From: Azospirillum brasilense
GTDB taxonomy: Bacteria > Pseudomonadota > Alphaproteobacteria > Rickettsiales > UBA3002
Assembly (NCBI GenBank): GCA_003241645.1
Contig: QFOX01000003.1
Location: 1,500-65,499 of the forward strand
Length of the DNA: 64,000 nt
Reading direction: 5' to 3'
The notes beneath the pieces are model-generated. The model did no database searches and was not told the origin of the DNA. It saw nothing but the letters and a program-made list of their open reading frames with translations. Position numbers and translations under genes: made by a program. Positions 1 through 9,142 of this stretch are shown piece by piece; positions within the stretch are counted from its first letter, which is position 1, and each line of letters opens with the position of its first letter.

Positions 1-752
1 GCTCCTCCGGCGCGCATGCCATTGGCGACGCGGCCCAGCTGATCATCAACGGCAAGGCCGACGTAATGGTGGCCGGCTCCGCCGAGGCGACCATCTGCCG
101 CATCGGCATTGCCGGGTTCGCGGCGGCACGTGCGCTTTCCACCGGCTACAACGAAACGCCGACCAAAGCTTCCCGCCCGTGGGACGAAGGCCGTGATGGC
201 TTCGTGATGGGCGAGGGCGCGGGCATTCTTGTGCTGGAAGAATACGAGCACGCCAAAGCCCGTGGCGCAAAAATTTACGCCGAGTTCGGCGGCTACGGCC
301 TCAGCGGCGATGCCTACCACATCACCAGCCCGGCCGATGACGGCGACGGCGGCTACCGCTCCATGCAAATGGCGCTGGACGATGCGGGCATGAAACCTGC
401 TGACATTGGCTACATCAACGCCCACGGCACCAGCACGCCCAAGGGCGACGAGATCGAGGCCGGGGCCGTGCGCCGCCTGTTCGATGGCGTGGATATGAGC
501 ATGTCCAGCACCAAGTCGGCCATTGGCCACCTGCTGGGCGGTGCCGGTTCGGTGGAAGCCATTTTTGCGATCATGGCGGTGAAGACCGGCGACCTGCCGC
601 CGACGCTTAACCTTGAGAACCCGAGCGAGTCGGTGAAGGGGATGGACCTTGTGCCCCTGAAATCGAAGAAGAAGAACGTGGCCGCGGCCCTGTCCAACAG
701 CTTCGGCTTTGGTGGCACGAACGCTTCCGTGATCTTCAAGAAAGCCGAGTAA
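1..752 (+). CDS. fabF: 3-oxoacyl-ACP synthase II (KAS II), C-terminal part; 5' end outside window
   Basis: Frame 3 is open from the window edge to TAA 750-752. The translation (SSGAHAIGDAAQLIINGKADVMVAG, INAHGTSTPKGD, SAIGHLLGGAG, SNSFGFGGTNASVIF) matches the C-terminal part of a KAS II condensing enzyme. Confidence 0.9.
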   Translation, partial: SSGAHAIGDAAQLIINGKADVMVAGSAEATICRIGIAGFAAARALSTGYNETPTKASRPWDEGRDGFVMGEGAGILVLEEYEHAKARGAKIYAEFGGYGLSGDAYHITSPADDGDGGYRSMQMALDDAGMKPADIGYINAHGTSTPKGDEIEAGAVRRLFDGVDMSMSSTKSAIGHLLGGAGSVEAIFAIMAVKTGDLPPTLNLENPSESVKGMDLVPLKSKKKNVAAALSNSFGFGGTNASVIFKKAE

Positions 753-780
753 CGCACCGCGCGTTGCGTAGACACGATAA

Positions 781-815
781 ACCCCGCGCCATGAAAATGA
801 CGCGGGGTTTTTTCG
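781..815. terminator. Rho-independent hairpin terminator between convergent fabF and glycine-zipper gene
   Basis: ACCCCGCG (781-788) pairs with CGCGGGGT (801-808) and is followed by T6. Confidence 0.65.
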
Positions 816-829
816 TTCAGGCGGCCCTG

Positions 830-1186
830 TTAGTTACAGGTCGCGCCGCGGGTGGGGATGAACTTATTGCCCAGCGCGGCACCGCCGAGGATGCCCGCGG
901 TGGTCGCTACGGTCTTACCGTTGCCGCTACCGAAGCGGCTGCCGACCAGACCCCCGGCAACACCACCGCCGACCGTGCCGACGATGTTGTTATCGTCGCA
1001 GGGCGGGGCGGCCTGACGCACCGGCTCGCTGGCGGCCATGTTGGTGGGTTGGTAGCGCACCGTGCGGCTTGCCGTTTGTTTGGGTGCTTCCTGTTGTTGC
1101 ATCAGGTACGCGCCACCAACAGCGGCACCAGCCAGTAGCAACACGGCAGCAGCGCCACCGAGCATAAATTTATATTCGCGTTTCAT
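830..1186 (-). CDS. glycine-zipper (17-kDa-antigen-like) membrane protein
   Basis: The ORF spans 830-1198. GGAGGA just upstream of the ATG at 1186 favours the MKREYKF start. An N-terminal hydrophobic anchor is followed by the Gly-zipper tail GTVGGGVAGGLVGSRFGSGNGKTVATTAGILGGAALG. Confidence 0.7.
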   Translation of the reverse strand: MKREYKFMLGGAAAVLLLAGAAVGGAYLMQQQEAPKQTASRTVRYQPTNMAASEPVRQAAPPCDDNNIVGTVGGGVAGGLVGSRFGSGNGKTVATTAGILGGAALGNKFIPTRGATCN

Positions 1187-1350
1187 GGGTTCCTCCATGG
1201 TTGGTTTCGCCCAACCAATACGCCTGTTGCGCTAAAATACCTGCGCGCGGCATGGCAGGCAGGTATCAATGCTGCATCAATTTGGCCGGCGACTGGCAGT
1301 GCGATGCAATTACTATTTGGCATTGATGCGCGATGCGGCATGGTGGCGGC

Positions 1351-2319
1351 ATGAAATATGTGATCGGATTCGTGGCGCTGTGCGCGCTGGTGGCTGGAAG
1401 CTTCGCCCTGTACAGCTTCACCGTGTATCGCGCGCCGAGCGTGCAACAAACCCGCACCGTCATGATCGAGCGGGGCACGGGCGCACGCGCCATGCTGGAA
1501 CAGCTGCACCGCGAAGGCCTGCTGCCCGCGCCGTGGAAGATCCTGCTGCCCGTGGCGCTTGGCGGTGAATACCGTGCGTTCAAGGCGGGTGAATATGAAT
1601 TTGCCGAGGGCGTGTCGCCGCATCAGGTGGTCAGCAGCATCGCGCGGGGCGAAGTGGTGGTGCATGCCGTGACCGTGCCCGAGGGCTGGACGGTGGCGCA
1701 GGTGCGTGAAGCGCTGCTGGCCGAGCCGTTGCTCACCGGTGACGTGCCCAGCAACATTGCCGAAGGCTCGCTCTTCCCCGACACCATGCATTTCCAACGT
1801 GGCGATACGCGCGCATCGATCATTTCACGCATGCAGGCGAAGCAGCGCGAAGTGTTGCAACAGGCGTGGGAGAACCGCGCCAAGGGGCTGCCCGTCGCCT
1901 CGGCGCAGGAAGCGTTGATCCTCGCCTCGATCGTCGAGGAAGAAACCGGGGTGGACGCGGAACGCCGCCGCGTCGCCGCGGTCTATAGCAACCGGTTGCG
2001 CATGGGCATGCCGCTGCAGGCCGATCCCACCGTGGCCTATGGCATTGCGCCCGAAGGCATGAAGCGCATGCTCACCCGCGCCGACCTGAAGCGTGACACG
2101 CCGTATAACACGTACACCCGCGCCGGGCTGCCGCCGGGGCCCATCTGCAATCCCGGTAAGGACTCCATCGAGGCGGCATTGAACCCGCTGGCAAGCGACG
2201 AGCTGTTCTTCGTGGCCACCGGCAATGGCGGCCATTGGTTCGCGCGCACCGTGCAGGAGCATAACGCCAACGTGGCGAAATACCGCGCGGCGCTACGCGC
2301 CCAGAAGGCCGTTCCGTAG
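1351..2319 (+). CDS. mltG: endolytic murein transglycosylase MltG (YceG family)
   Basis: It has an N-terminal TM helix (MKYVIGFVALCALVAGSFALY), EGWTVAQV, ASIVEEETG and YNTYTRAGLPPGPICNPG motifs. The start is placed at ATG 1351, inside ORF 1333-2319. Confidence 0.85.
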   Translation: MKYVIGFVALCALVAGSFALYSFTVYRAPSVQQTRTVMIERGTGARAMLEQLHREGLLPAPWKILLPVALGGEYRAFKAGEYEFAEGVSPHQVVSSIARGEVVVHAVTVPEGWTVAQVREALLAEPLLTGDVPSNIAEGSLFPDTMHFQRGDTRASIISRMQAKQREVLQQAWENRAKGLPVASAQEALILASIVEEETGVDAERRRVAAVYSNRLRMGMPLQADPTVAYGIAPEGMKRMLTRADLKRDTPYNTYTRAGLPPGPICNPGKDSIEAALNPLASDELFFVATGNGGHWFARTVQEHNANVAKYRAALRAQKAVP

Positions 2320-2324
2320 ACGGA

Positions 2325-2708
2325 TTATTTTTCGGGTTTGAAATCCAGCGAGATGCTGTTGATGCAATAACGCAAGCCAGTGGCCTCGCGCGGGCCATCG
2401 GGGAACACATGGCCCAGATGGGCGTCGCACTTGCCGCAGGTCACTTCGGTGCGCACCATGCCGTGGCTGGCGTCGCGGTGTTCGGCTACGGCCTGCTGCG
2501 CGGCCGGTTGGGTAAAGCTCGGCCAGCCGGAGCCGGAATCGAATTTGCTGTCGCTGGCGAACAGCGCCTCGCCACACACGGCGCAATGGTAGATGCCGGG
2601 CGCTTTTTCGTTCAGCAAGGCACCGCTGAACGGGGCCTCCGTGCCTTTCTGGCGGGCAATGCGGTAGAGATCTGGGGCTAGTCCTTCATAATTATCATTA
2701 TTATTCAT
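2325..2708 (-). CDS. msrB: peptide-methionine (R)-S-oxide reductase MsrB
   Basis: It has two CxxC pairs ([21 protein letters not shown]) and the RYCINS active-site motif. ATG 2706-2708 (MNNNDNYEG) is preferred over the upstream in-frame ATG at 2825. Confidence 0.9.
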   Translation of the reverse strand: MNNNDNYEGLAPDLYRIARQKGTEAPFSGALLNEKAPGIYHCAVCGEALFASDSKFDSGSGWPSFTQPAAQQAVAEHRDASHGMVRTEVTCGKCDAHLGHVFPDGPREATGLRYCINSISLDFKPEK

Positions 2709-2907
2709 TGTATTAGCCTCTAAAATGACGTTTGGGACACAGGCTGATGCAAAGATGCAACAGTGGGGCATTCTCCTTCGGCACTTTTTGCCGTGGGCGA
2801 CGCAATGGTTGCGTAACTCCTTCAATTTCGCCAGAGATAGTGCCGATGCATCGTGGATTCAATGCCGTGATGTAGGCAAACATAATACTAAATTAAGGGA
2901 AGTTATC

Positions 2908-3459
2908 ATGAAACTGATCAACACTTCGACGATTCTGGCCGCCTCTGGCGCGCTGCTTCTCGCTGCATCGGCAAACGCAGTGGATGCTCCGAAAGACGTA
3001 GTAAAAAGCTCGGCTGGCCGCGTTTGGGTCAACAGCTTCAACAACTGCGTTGTGACCAAATGGGATGCTAACGTGAACGAGTGCGATGCTGGCGTTGGCG
3101 GCAACCTCGAACTGCGCAGCGTATACTTCGACTTCGACAGCGCCGTGCTGACCCCGGCCGCAAAAGCGAAACTGGATGTGCTGGCCAACAGCCTCGCATC
3201 GCAGAACGCGCAAAAAGTACGCATCGTTGGTTTCGCTGACCAGATCGGCACCAACAGCTACAACGCGAACCTGTCGCAGCGCCGTGCAAACGCCGTTAGC
3301 CGTTACCTCGCTGCCAAAGGCCTGACCGTTGATGGCAACTACGAAGTACGTGGTCTCGGTGAGACCGCTTCGCAAAGCAAGTGCGAAGGCGTTCGTGGCA
3401 ACGAGCTGAAGGCCTGCCTGTGGCGTGACCGCCGCGTAGAAGTGGAAGTAGTGAACTAG
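2908..3459 (+). CDS. OmpA-family peptidoglycan-associated outer-membrane protein
   Basis: AAGGGA RBS lies at 2895-2900 and the ATG at 2908. Signal peptide is MKLINTSTILAASGALLLAASANA. The OmpA C-terminal domain reads VYFDFDSAVLTPAAKAKLD...VRIVGFADQIGTNSYNANLSQRRANAVSRYL. Confidence 0.85.
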   Translation: MKLINTSTILAASGALLLAASANAVDAPKDVVKSSAGRVWVNSFNNCVVTKWDANVNECDAGVGGNLELRSVYFDFDSAVLTPAAKAKLDVLANSLASQNAQKVRIVGFADQIGTNSYNANLSQRRANAVSRYLAAKGLTVDGNYEVRGLGETASQSKCEGVRGNELKACLWRDRRVEVEVVN

Positions 3460-3492
3460 TTCACGCTTCACTGCTTCGTGCAGGAATGGATC

Positions 3493-3522
3493 AGGGGCCC
3501 CGGACCGGGGCCCCTTTTTCGT
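3493..3522 (+). terminator. Rho-independent terminator after OmpA-family gene
   Basis: AGGGGCCCC / GGGGCCCCT form a 9-bp stem with a 5-nt loop, followed by TTTTTCGTTT. Confidence 0.7.
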
Positions 3523-3623
3523 TTGGGCCCCCTGCAAAATAACCAAGTGATTATCTCAACCATTGACGCGGGCGAAAAACGGTGGAATGGTGCCACCGTT
3601 TCCAAAACCACACTAATAGCGCT

Positions 3624-4538
3624 ATGAACTCGTCGATCCTTGTTTATCTTCCCAGCTTCGTCAAAGTGGTGGAGCTCGCCAGTTTCTCGAAAGCCGCGCA
3701 GGCGCTGGGCATGACCAAGTCTGCCGTCAGCAAGCAGGTGCAGGCACTGGAAGATTCGCTGAAAGTACGGCTGCTGAACCGCACCACCCGCACCGTGCGC
3801 CTGACCGACGAGGGTGAGCTGCTCTACCAGCAGGCCCGCCAGATCGTGGATGCCGCCAACGAAGCGCAGCGGCAGGTGAAGAACCTGAATGAACAACCCA
3901 GCGGCTCGCTGAAGATCAACGCGCCGCAGAGTTTCGGCATCCTGCACCTTGCCCCGGCGCTGGCCGAATTCGCCAAGCTGTACCCCGAGATCCAGCTGGA
4001 AGTGGATTTCACCGACAAGTTCATCAACATCCTCGAAGAAGGCGTGGATGTGACGTTGCGCATCGCCTCGCTGACCGATTCGTCGCTGATCGCGCGCAAG
4101 ATCGCCCGTTGCCAGGTGGTGTTCGTGGCCGCGCCCGAATATTTGAAACGTTTCGGCACGCCCAAGCACCCGGATGAGCTCATCAACCACCGCTTCCTTG
4201 AATACAGCTACATCGACCGCCCGAAGGAAGTGCGCTGGCGCAATCTCGATGGCACGCCCGGGGTCATCACCATCAACTCCGCGCTGCGCGCCAATAATGC
4301 CTTCATGCTGATGGAAGCGCTGCGCAGCGGCGTGGCCATGGGGGCGTTCCCCACCTTTATCATCAGCGACGCCATCAAGGCAGGCGAGGTGGTGCAGGTG
4401 CTGCATGAGTTCACCGTCGAGCCGGAGCGCAACATCTACGCGCTGTTCCCGCATAACCGCCACATGTCGGCCAAGGTGCGGCTGTTCATCGATTTCATTT
4501 CCGAGCGCTTCGGCGGCGCGCCGTACTGGGAACTCTAA
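3624..4538 (+). CDS. LysR-family transcriptional regulator
   Basis: The N-terminal wHTH reads FSKAAQALGMTKSAVSKQVQALE, followed by a LysR substrate-binding domain. The start is moved to ATG 3624. Confidence 0.85.
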   Translation: MNSSILVYLPSFVKVVELASFSKAAQALGMTKSAVSKQVQALEDSLKVRLLNRTTRTVRLTDEGELLYQQARQIVDAANEAQRQVKNLNEQPSGSLKINAPQSFGILHLAPALAEFAKLYPEIQLEVDFTDKFINILEEGVDVTLRIASLTDSSLIARKIARCQVVFVAAPEYLKRFGTPKHPDELINHRFLEYSYIDRPKEVRWRNLDGTPGVITINSALRANNAFMLMEALRSGVAMGAFPTFIISDAIKAGEVVQVLHEFTVEPERNIYALFPHNRHMSAKVRLFIDFISERFGGAPYWEL

Positions 4539-4590
4539 AAACCGTTCCGGCTGTCATCATCCCGTCATCAAACCGCGCTAATCTCATGCC

Positions 4591-5748
4591 ATGTTATGGC
4601 GATTACAGCGCAAGGCGGGGCAGCCCCCGCAACTCACCCCGGTTGACCCGCAAAGCCTGCACCATGAGGCGGGCAAGCGACGCGTCATCCTGTTTCCCGG
4701 CGCGGGCGTGTGGGACCGCAGCGAGCCACGCACCCTTGCCGGCAGCATCAAATACGTGGAGCAGACATTAACGGGCACCACTGCGCGCGGCGACGCCGAC
4801 ATCGACATCCTGCTCATGACCTACGAGCTGCCCTACGAGGATTATTACGCCAAGCGCCCGCATTACCAGCGCAACGCCACCCAGCAGTCGCATTACGGGC
4901 GCATGGCCTGCGACCATGCGTTGCTGCCCCTGCTGCTGGGCGAGGGTGAGCGGGTTTCACATCTGACGCCCGAGGTGCTGAAAGAACGGCTTTCGCAGGT
5001 CACCCTCATTGGCCATAGCTATGGCTCGATCGTGATGCAGGATTTGGCCAACAGCCTGGCCGCCAAACTGCGTATGAACGGGTGGGAAGAGCCCACCATT
5101 GCCGACACGCTCAAAGAATGCGTAGGCATAGCGGTGGCGCCGATTGCCCGCACCGATTTTCCGGCCCCCAATTTCACGCAGTATTTCTTCACCTCCATCA
5201 ACGACATGACGGCGGTGGATAGCATTCGCCGTGAAAATCCGGACACGGCGGTGCATATTCCGCTGCTCAAGTCCTGCGGATACGAGCGCATCAGTAACAT
5301 TCTGCAGCGCCACGATGGAAAAATCAGCCGCGCTGACCTGCTGGCCGAGGCGGAAGAAGAAGTGAATGCCACGCGCAAGCCCGGCCGCACGCCGCGCGCC
5401 ACGCTGCAAAAGCAGCCCAGCGGTTATGTGCTGAGCGCGATGTTGCCGGACAAGGAAATCCGCTGGATGGAAAAACGCCCCGATGGGACGGATATTTGCC
5501 GCATGCTGAACGCCCACACCGCTGAGCGCGACCAGACCGCCGTGGTGCATGACTACCGCACCTACCTGCATGGCCACCATAAGCTGGGCGAAGTGCTCAT
5601 CAATGTGGCGAACAATGCCGTGCAGCGTGAGCCCGGCATTGGCGATGGCCACCGCCTCATGTTCACCACCGAGCTGACGCAGGGCCAGCACGCGCGGCGT
5701 TACGAGGGCAGCAAGCGCGCCGAGGTCAGCGAGCGCGGCATCGCTTAA
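4591..5748 (+). CDS. hypothetical protein, putative serine (alpha/beta-fold) hydrolase
   Basis: This is a 385-aa ORF. The only motif I recognise is a nucleophile elbow, [13 protein letters not shown] (GxSxG), preceded by [10 protein letters not shown] recognise no other family signature. Confidence 0.5.
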   Translation: MLWRLQRKAGQPPQLTPVDPQSLHHEAGKRRVILFPGAGVWDRSEPRTLAGSIKYVEQTLTGTTARGDADIDILLMTYELPYEDYYAKRPHYQRNATQQSHYGRMACDHALLPLLLGEGERVSHLTPEVLKERLSQVTLIGHSYGSIVMQDLANSLAAKLRMNGWEEPTIADTLKECVGIAVAPIARTDFPAPNFTQYFFTSINDMTAVDSIRRENPDTAVHIPLLKSCGYERISNILQRHDGKISRADLLAEAEEEVNATRKPGRTPRATLQKQPSGYVLSAMLPDKEIRWMEKRPDGTDICRMLNAHTAERDQTAVVHDYRTYLHGHHKLGEVLINVANNAVQREPGIGDGHRLMFTTELTQGQHARRYEGSKRAEVSERGIA

Positions 5749-6632
5749 AGCGCGAAGGCGATCCCGTTGGCCGCGCAGGCGGCCTGCAGCGTGTTGCGCA
5801 GCAGGCAGGCAATGGTCATGGGGCCGACACCGCCGGGCACCGGCGTAATGGCTCCGGCCACGGCAGAAGCGCCCGCAAAATCCACGTCACCCACCAGTTT
5901 CGTTTTGCCGTCGCGCTCGATGCGGTTGATGCCCACATCGATCACGCAGGCACCGCGCTTGATCCAGTCGCCGGGCACAAATTCCGGCTTGCCGATGGCG
6001 GCGACCACAATGTCGGCGCGGCGCACTTCGGCGGCAAGGTCGGCCGTGCGCGAATGGCAGATGGTGACCGTGCAGCTTTCGCGCAGCAGCAATTGCGCCA
6101 TGGGCTTGCCCACGATGTTGCTGCGGCCGATGACCACGGCATGCTTGCCGGAAAGATCGCCCAGCGTGTCGCGCAGCAGCAGCAGCGAACCCAGCGGCGT
6201 GCAGGCCACCAGCCCCGGCAGGCCCACCGCCAGTTTACCGGCGTTGACCACATGGAACCCGTCCACGTCCTTCGCGGGGTCGATGGCATGGATGACCGCC
6301 TGCTCGTCGATATGGCGGGGCAGGGGAAGCTGCACCAGAATGCCATGCACGGCAGGGTCTGCGTTCAGCCGGGTGATCTCGTCGAGCAGCTGTTTTTGGG
6401 TGATATCTGCCGCAAAACGCGTTTCGAACGAGGCAATGCCCGCCTCGGCGCAGGCTTTTTGCTTGTTGGCCACGTAGACATGGCTGGCCGGGTCGTCGCC
6501 CACCAGAATGACCGCAAGGCCGGGCGTAAGCCCATGATCCTGCTTCAGTTTTGCCACCTGCGTGGCCAGCGTGGCGCGCAGGTTCGCGGCAAAGGCTTTT
6601 CCATCGATCAACTGGGCAGGGGCGTGGGCCAT
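5745..6632 (-). CDS. folD: bifunctional methylenetetrahydrofolate dehydrogenase/cyclohydrolase FolD
   Basis: [33 protein letters not shown] and [16 protein letters not shown] are typical FolD motifs. The start is either ATG 6632 or GTG 6644. Confidence 0.9.
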   Translation of the reverse strand: MAHAPAQLIDGKAFAANLRATLATQVAKLKQDHGLTPGLAVILVGDDPASHVYVANKQKACAEAGIASFETRFAADITQKQLLDEITRLNADPAVHGILVQLPLPRHIDEQAVIHAIDPAKDVDGFHVVNAGKLAVGLPGLVACTPLGSLLLLRDTLGDLSGKHAVVIGRSNIVGKPMAQLLLRESCTVTICHSRTADLAAEVRRADIVVAAIGKPEFVPGDWIKRGACVIDVGINRIERDGKTKLVGDVDFAGASAVAGAITPVPGGVGPMTIACLLRNTLQAACAANGIAFAL

Positions 6633-6714
6633 GGTCAATTTCACATTATCTTAATATTAAAAATACAAGGTTGGGCGTATGTAGCAGGCATTACCGCCCA
6701 CCACAAGGTAGCCC

Positions 6715-7983
6715 GTGGCAAAATACACGCATCGCCATCGCCTGCATGCCGACGATCCGAACCTGCGTCCCGCGGGCAGCGAGCGCGCGCGCGTCATCCG
6801 TGCCGCGTTCGATCTGGCGACGCTGGCGCATGCCGGGCAAAGCCGCGACAAGATCAACCCCACGATCGATTACATCAGCCACCCGATCATGGTGTACGAC
6901 ATCCTGCATGAGCTGGGCGAAGATGACCCCGCGCTGCTGGCCGCCGGCTTCCTGCACGACGTGCTGGAGCAGCCCGCCTACCGTGGCGACCCGGAGCGGT
7001 TGCTGCGCGAGCTGGAGGTGGCGCTGGAAAAAGAGGGCGTCGACGCATCGCGCGCGAAGCCGCTGGCGCAGCAGATCTACACGCTGGTCTACGAAGTCAC
7101 CAACCCGGCGGTGCTGCCCAAGAACAAGGAACTCTATCAGATCGACCACGGCACGCAGATGAGTTTTGCGGCCAAGAAACTGAAGATCGCCGATCAGGCC
7201 GCGTCGCTGGTGTGCAACCTGCTGTTGCCCAATGATGCGGAGGTGATTTCCTACGAGAAGGAGCGCGGCTTCAAAGAAAAAGCCGAAACGCTCTGCTATT
7301 CCATGATCGCCTCGGTGCAGCAGCACCCCGCCGAACGTGAAGCCATGGCACCGTATGACGCGTTCTTCTCGCGCGTGCTGCGGCAGGCGAACCAGCTCTT
7401 TCCGCACCCCAAATCCACCCCGCAATATATCTTCCGCGAACGCATGCGTGTGCGCCACCATTTCGATTTCTACGAACTGTTCACCGGGCCGGTCGCGTCG
7501 CTGCTCGCGCCGAAAAGCGCGATCGCCGAGAAACTCTATTTGTACGATCCTGACGCCTTGCCCGAGAAGCTGGAGAAGGACGCCCCCCTCGGCCTGATCC
7601 GGCTGGATTACGACGCACAGGGCCGCGTGGCGTCGTTCTACCTGCATGTGAGCAACGATTCCTCGCGCGAGAACGAGATCAACCAGCTGCAGCAAAAACT
7701 CACCGCTGAGATACGTGACCGGCTTCGCTGGGCTGGCCAATATACGGAAACTGCGAAACAACCGGTGCAGATGAGCATGCTGCAACCCGGCGAATTAGCC
7801 CCCATCGACCAGAATATCCGCCGCTACGACCTGCACCCCGCCATGCACCACGACGCGTTCGCCGCCGCGGCCAAAAGTGCGGGCGTGACCAGCATGCGCG
7901 ATGCGCAGCTCATCAAGAAAATTGGCGGGCAGTTGCGGCAGGACCACGACCGGCTGCACAAGGTGCCGGGGCGGAATCTTTAA
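6715..7983 (+). CDS. Mesh1/SpoT-like HD-domain (p)ppGpp-hydrolase homologue fused to an uncharacterised C-terminal domain
   Basis: GTG start at 6715. The N-terminal ~200 aa read AHAGQSRDK...YISHPIMVYDILHELGEDDPALLAAGFLHDVLE ... YEVTNPAVLPKNKELYQIDHGTQMSFAAKKLKIADQAASL, giving the H...HD...(K)IAD pattern of RelA/SpoT hydrolase (HD_4) domains. I do not recognise the remaining ~220 aa. Confidence 0.7.
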   Translation: MAKYTHRHRLHADDPNLRPAGSERARVIRAAFDLATLAHAGQSRDKINPTIDYISHPIMVYDILHELGEDDPALLAAGFLHDVLEQPAYRGDPERLLRELEVALEKEGVDASRAKPLAQQIYTLVYEVTNPAVLPKNKELYQIDHGTQMSFAAKKLKIADQAASLVCNLLLPNDAEVISYEKERGFKEKAETLCYSMIASVQQHPAEREAMAPYDAFFSRVLRQANQLFPHPKSTPQYIFRERMRVRHHFDFYELFTGPVASLLAPKSAIAEKLYLYDPDALPEKLEKDAPLGLIRLDYDAQGRVASFYLHVSNDSSRENEINQLQQKLTAEIRDRLRWAGQYTETAKQPVQMSMLQPGELAPIDQNIRRYDLHPAMHHDAFAAAAKSAGVTSMRDAQLIKKIGGQLRQDHDRLHKVPGRNL

Positions 7984-9095
7984 GCGGCGGCGGGCACGCC
8001 CTTGCTGGTCGAATATTCGAAATGGTGCGCCACGCCGGGATACACGATCTCGCGGATCGCATGCGCGGCCTGCGCCGCTTCGGCAAAGCCACACAGGATC
8101 AGCTTCAGCTTGTGCGGGTAGGTCGCAATGTCGCCAATGGCAAAAATGCCGGGCGCACTGGTGGCGCTGGTGCCCACCTGCGTGGCAATGTGGTTGCCAT
8201 GCAGGTTCAGCCCCCAGTTGGCGATGGGGCCCAGCTCCATGCTCAGCCCGAAGAAGGCGAGCAGATGGTCGGCCTCCACTTCGCGGATGGACCCATCCAT
8301 GGATTTCAGGCCAACGGCCGTTAGCTTTTTCTTAAGAAGGGGGGCTTGCCCCCCCTTCGCTTCGCTGACCCCTGCCGCAAGCGGCTCGCGCAGCTGCGGC
8401 GCTACGCTATCGCTAACTTCAACACCCGCCAGTGATTCCAGCTGGTAAGGCACCACGAATTCAATTTTACCGGCTTCGGCCAGCGCCTGCATTTTGCTGA
8501 CCGATTCGGGCATGGCGCGGAACTTGTCGCGGCGGTGCACCATGTAGATCTTCTTGGCCACTTCCGCGAGCGAATTGGCCCAGTCCACCGCGCTGTCGCC
8601 ACCCCCGGCAATGACCAGCGTCTGGTCGCGGAAATCTTCGCGTTTGGCCACCATGTAATGCACGCTGGTGCCCTCGAACTGCTCGATATTGGCCAGCGGC
8701 GGGCGGTTCGGGCCGAACGCCCCGCAGCCAGCCGCAATGATCACGGCCTTGCAGTCGATCACGGTGCCTTTGTTGGTGCCCACGCGCCAGCCGCCGTCGC
8801 GCTTTTCCACGAGGGTCACCTGCTGGTCGAGGTGGTAGACGGGGTCGAACGGCGCGGCTTGGGCTGCAAGGTTATCGATCAGCCCCTGGCCTTCAATGCT
8901 GAGAAAGCCCGGAATATCGTAGATGGGTTTTTCCGGATACAGCGCGCTGCACTGGCCGCCCACGGCGGGCAGCGTGTCGATCACATGGGCGCGGATCTTC
9001 AGCATGCCCAGTTCAAAGATGGCAAAAAGCCCCACCGGGCCCGCGCCAATGATGGCCACGTCGGTTTCGTGTGTTGTGCTGTGCGGTATGGTCAT
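7980..9095 (-). CDS. ferredoxin-NADP(+) reductase, thioredoxin-reductase-like type, carrying an in-frame repeat insertion
   Basis: Motifs are VAIIGAGPVGLF (FAD), VIAGGGDSAVDWA (NADPH) and FAIGDIATYP. The start is ATG 9095 (MTIPHSTT). At 371 aa it is about 30 aa longer than I recall for this family. The excess maps to the repeat at 8336-8407. Confidence 0.85.
   Translation of the reverse strand: MTIPHSTTHETDVAIIGAGPVGLFAIFELGMLKIRAHVIDTLPAVGGQCSALYPEKPIYDIPGFLSIEGQGLIDNLAAQAAPFDPVYHLDQQVTLVEKRDGGWRVGTNKGTVIDCKAVIIAAGCGAFGPNRPPLANIEQFEGTSVHYMVAKREDFRDQTLVIAGGGDSAVDWANSLAEVAKKIYMVHRRDKFRAMPESVSKMQALAEAGKIEFVVPYQLESLAGVEVSDSVAPQLREPLAAGVSEAKGGQAPLLKKKLTAVGLKSMDGSIREVEADHLLAFFGLSMELGPIANWGLNLHGNHIATQVGTSATSAPGIFAIGDIATYPHKLKLILCGFAEAAQAAHAIREIVYPGVAHHFEYSTSKGVPAAA
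8336..8407. repeat. GC-hairpin repeat (family R), copy inside the ferredoxin-NADP reductase ORF
   Basis: GAAGGGGGGCTTGCCCCCCCTTCGC..TGACCCCTGCCGC..GCGGCTCGCGC..CGGCGCTACGC is near-identical in blocks to 21319-21401 and related to 34816-34941. Confidence 0.8.
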
Positions 9096-9142
9096 TTGAC
9101 GAAACGCTTTAAAAGAGTGATAGTGATTAGGCAATGAAAACT

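Noticed and set aside
764-1138. 124-aa plus-strand ORF overlapping the glycine-zipper gene
   Set aside because: It is antisense to a gene with an RBS, a TM anchor and a Gly-zipper motif. It also starts inside the fabF terminator hairpin region.
2725-2907. 61-codon upstream extension of the OmpA-family ORF
   Set aside because: The signal peptide and the AAGGGA RBS fit ATG 2908. The extension overlaps the msrB promoter region and has no coding character.
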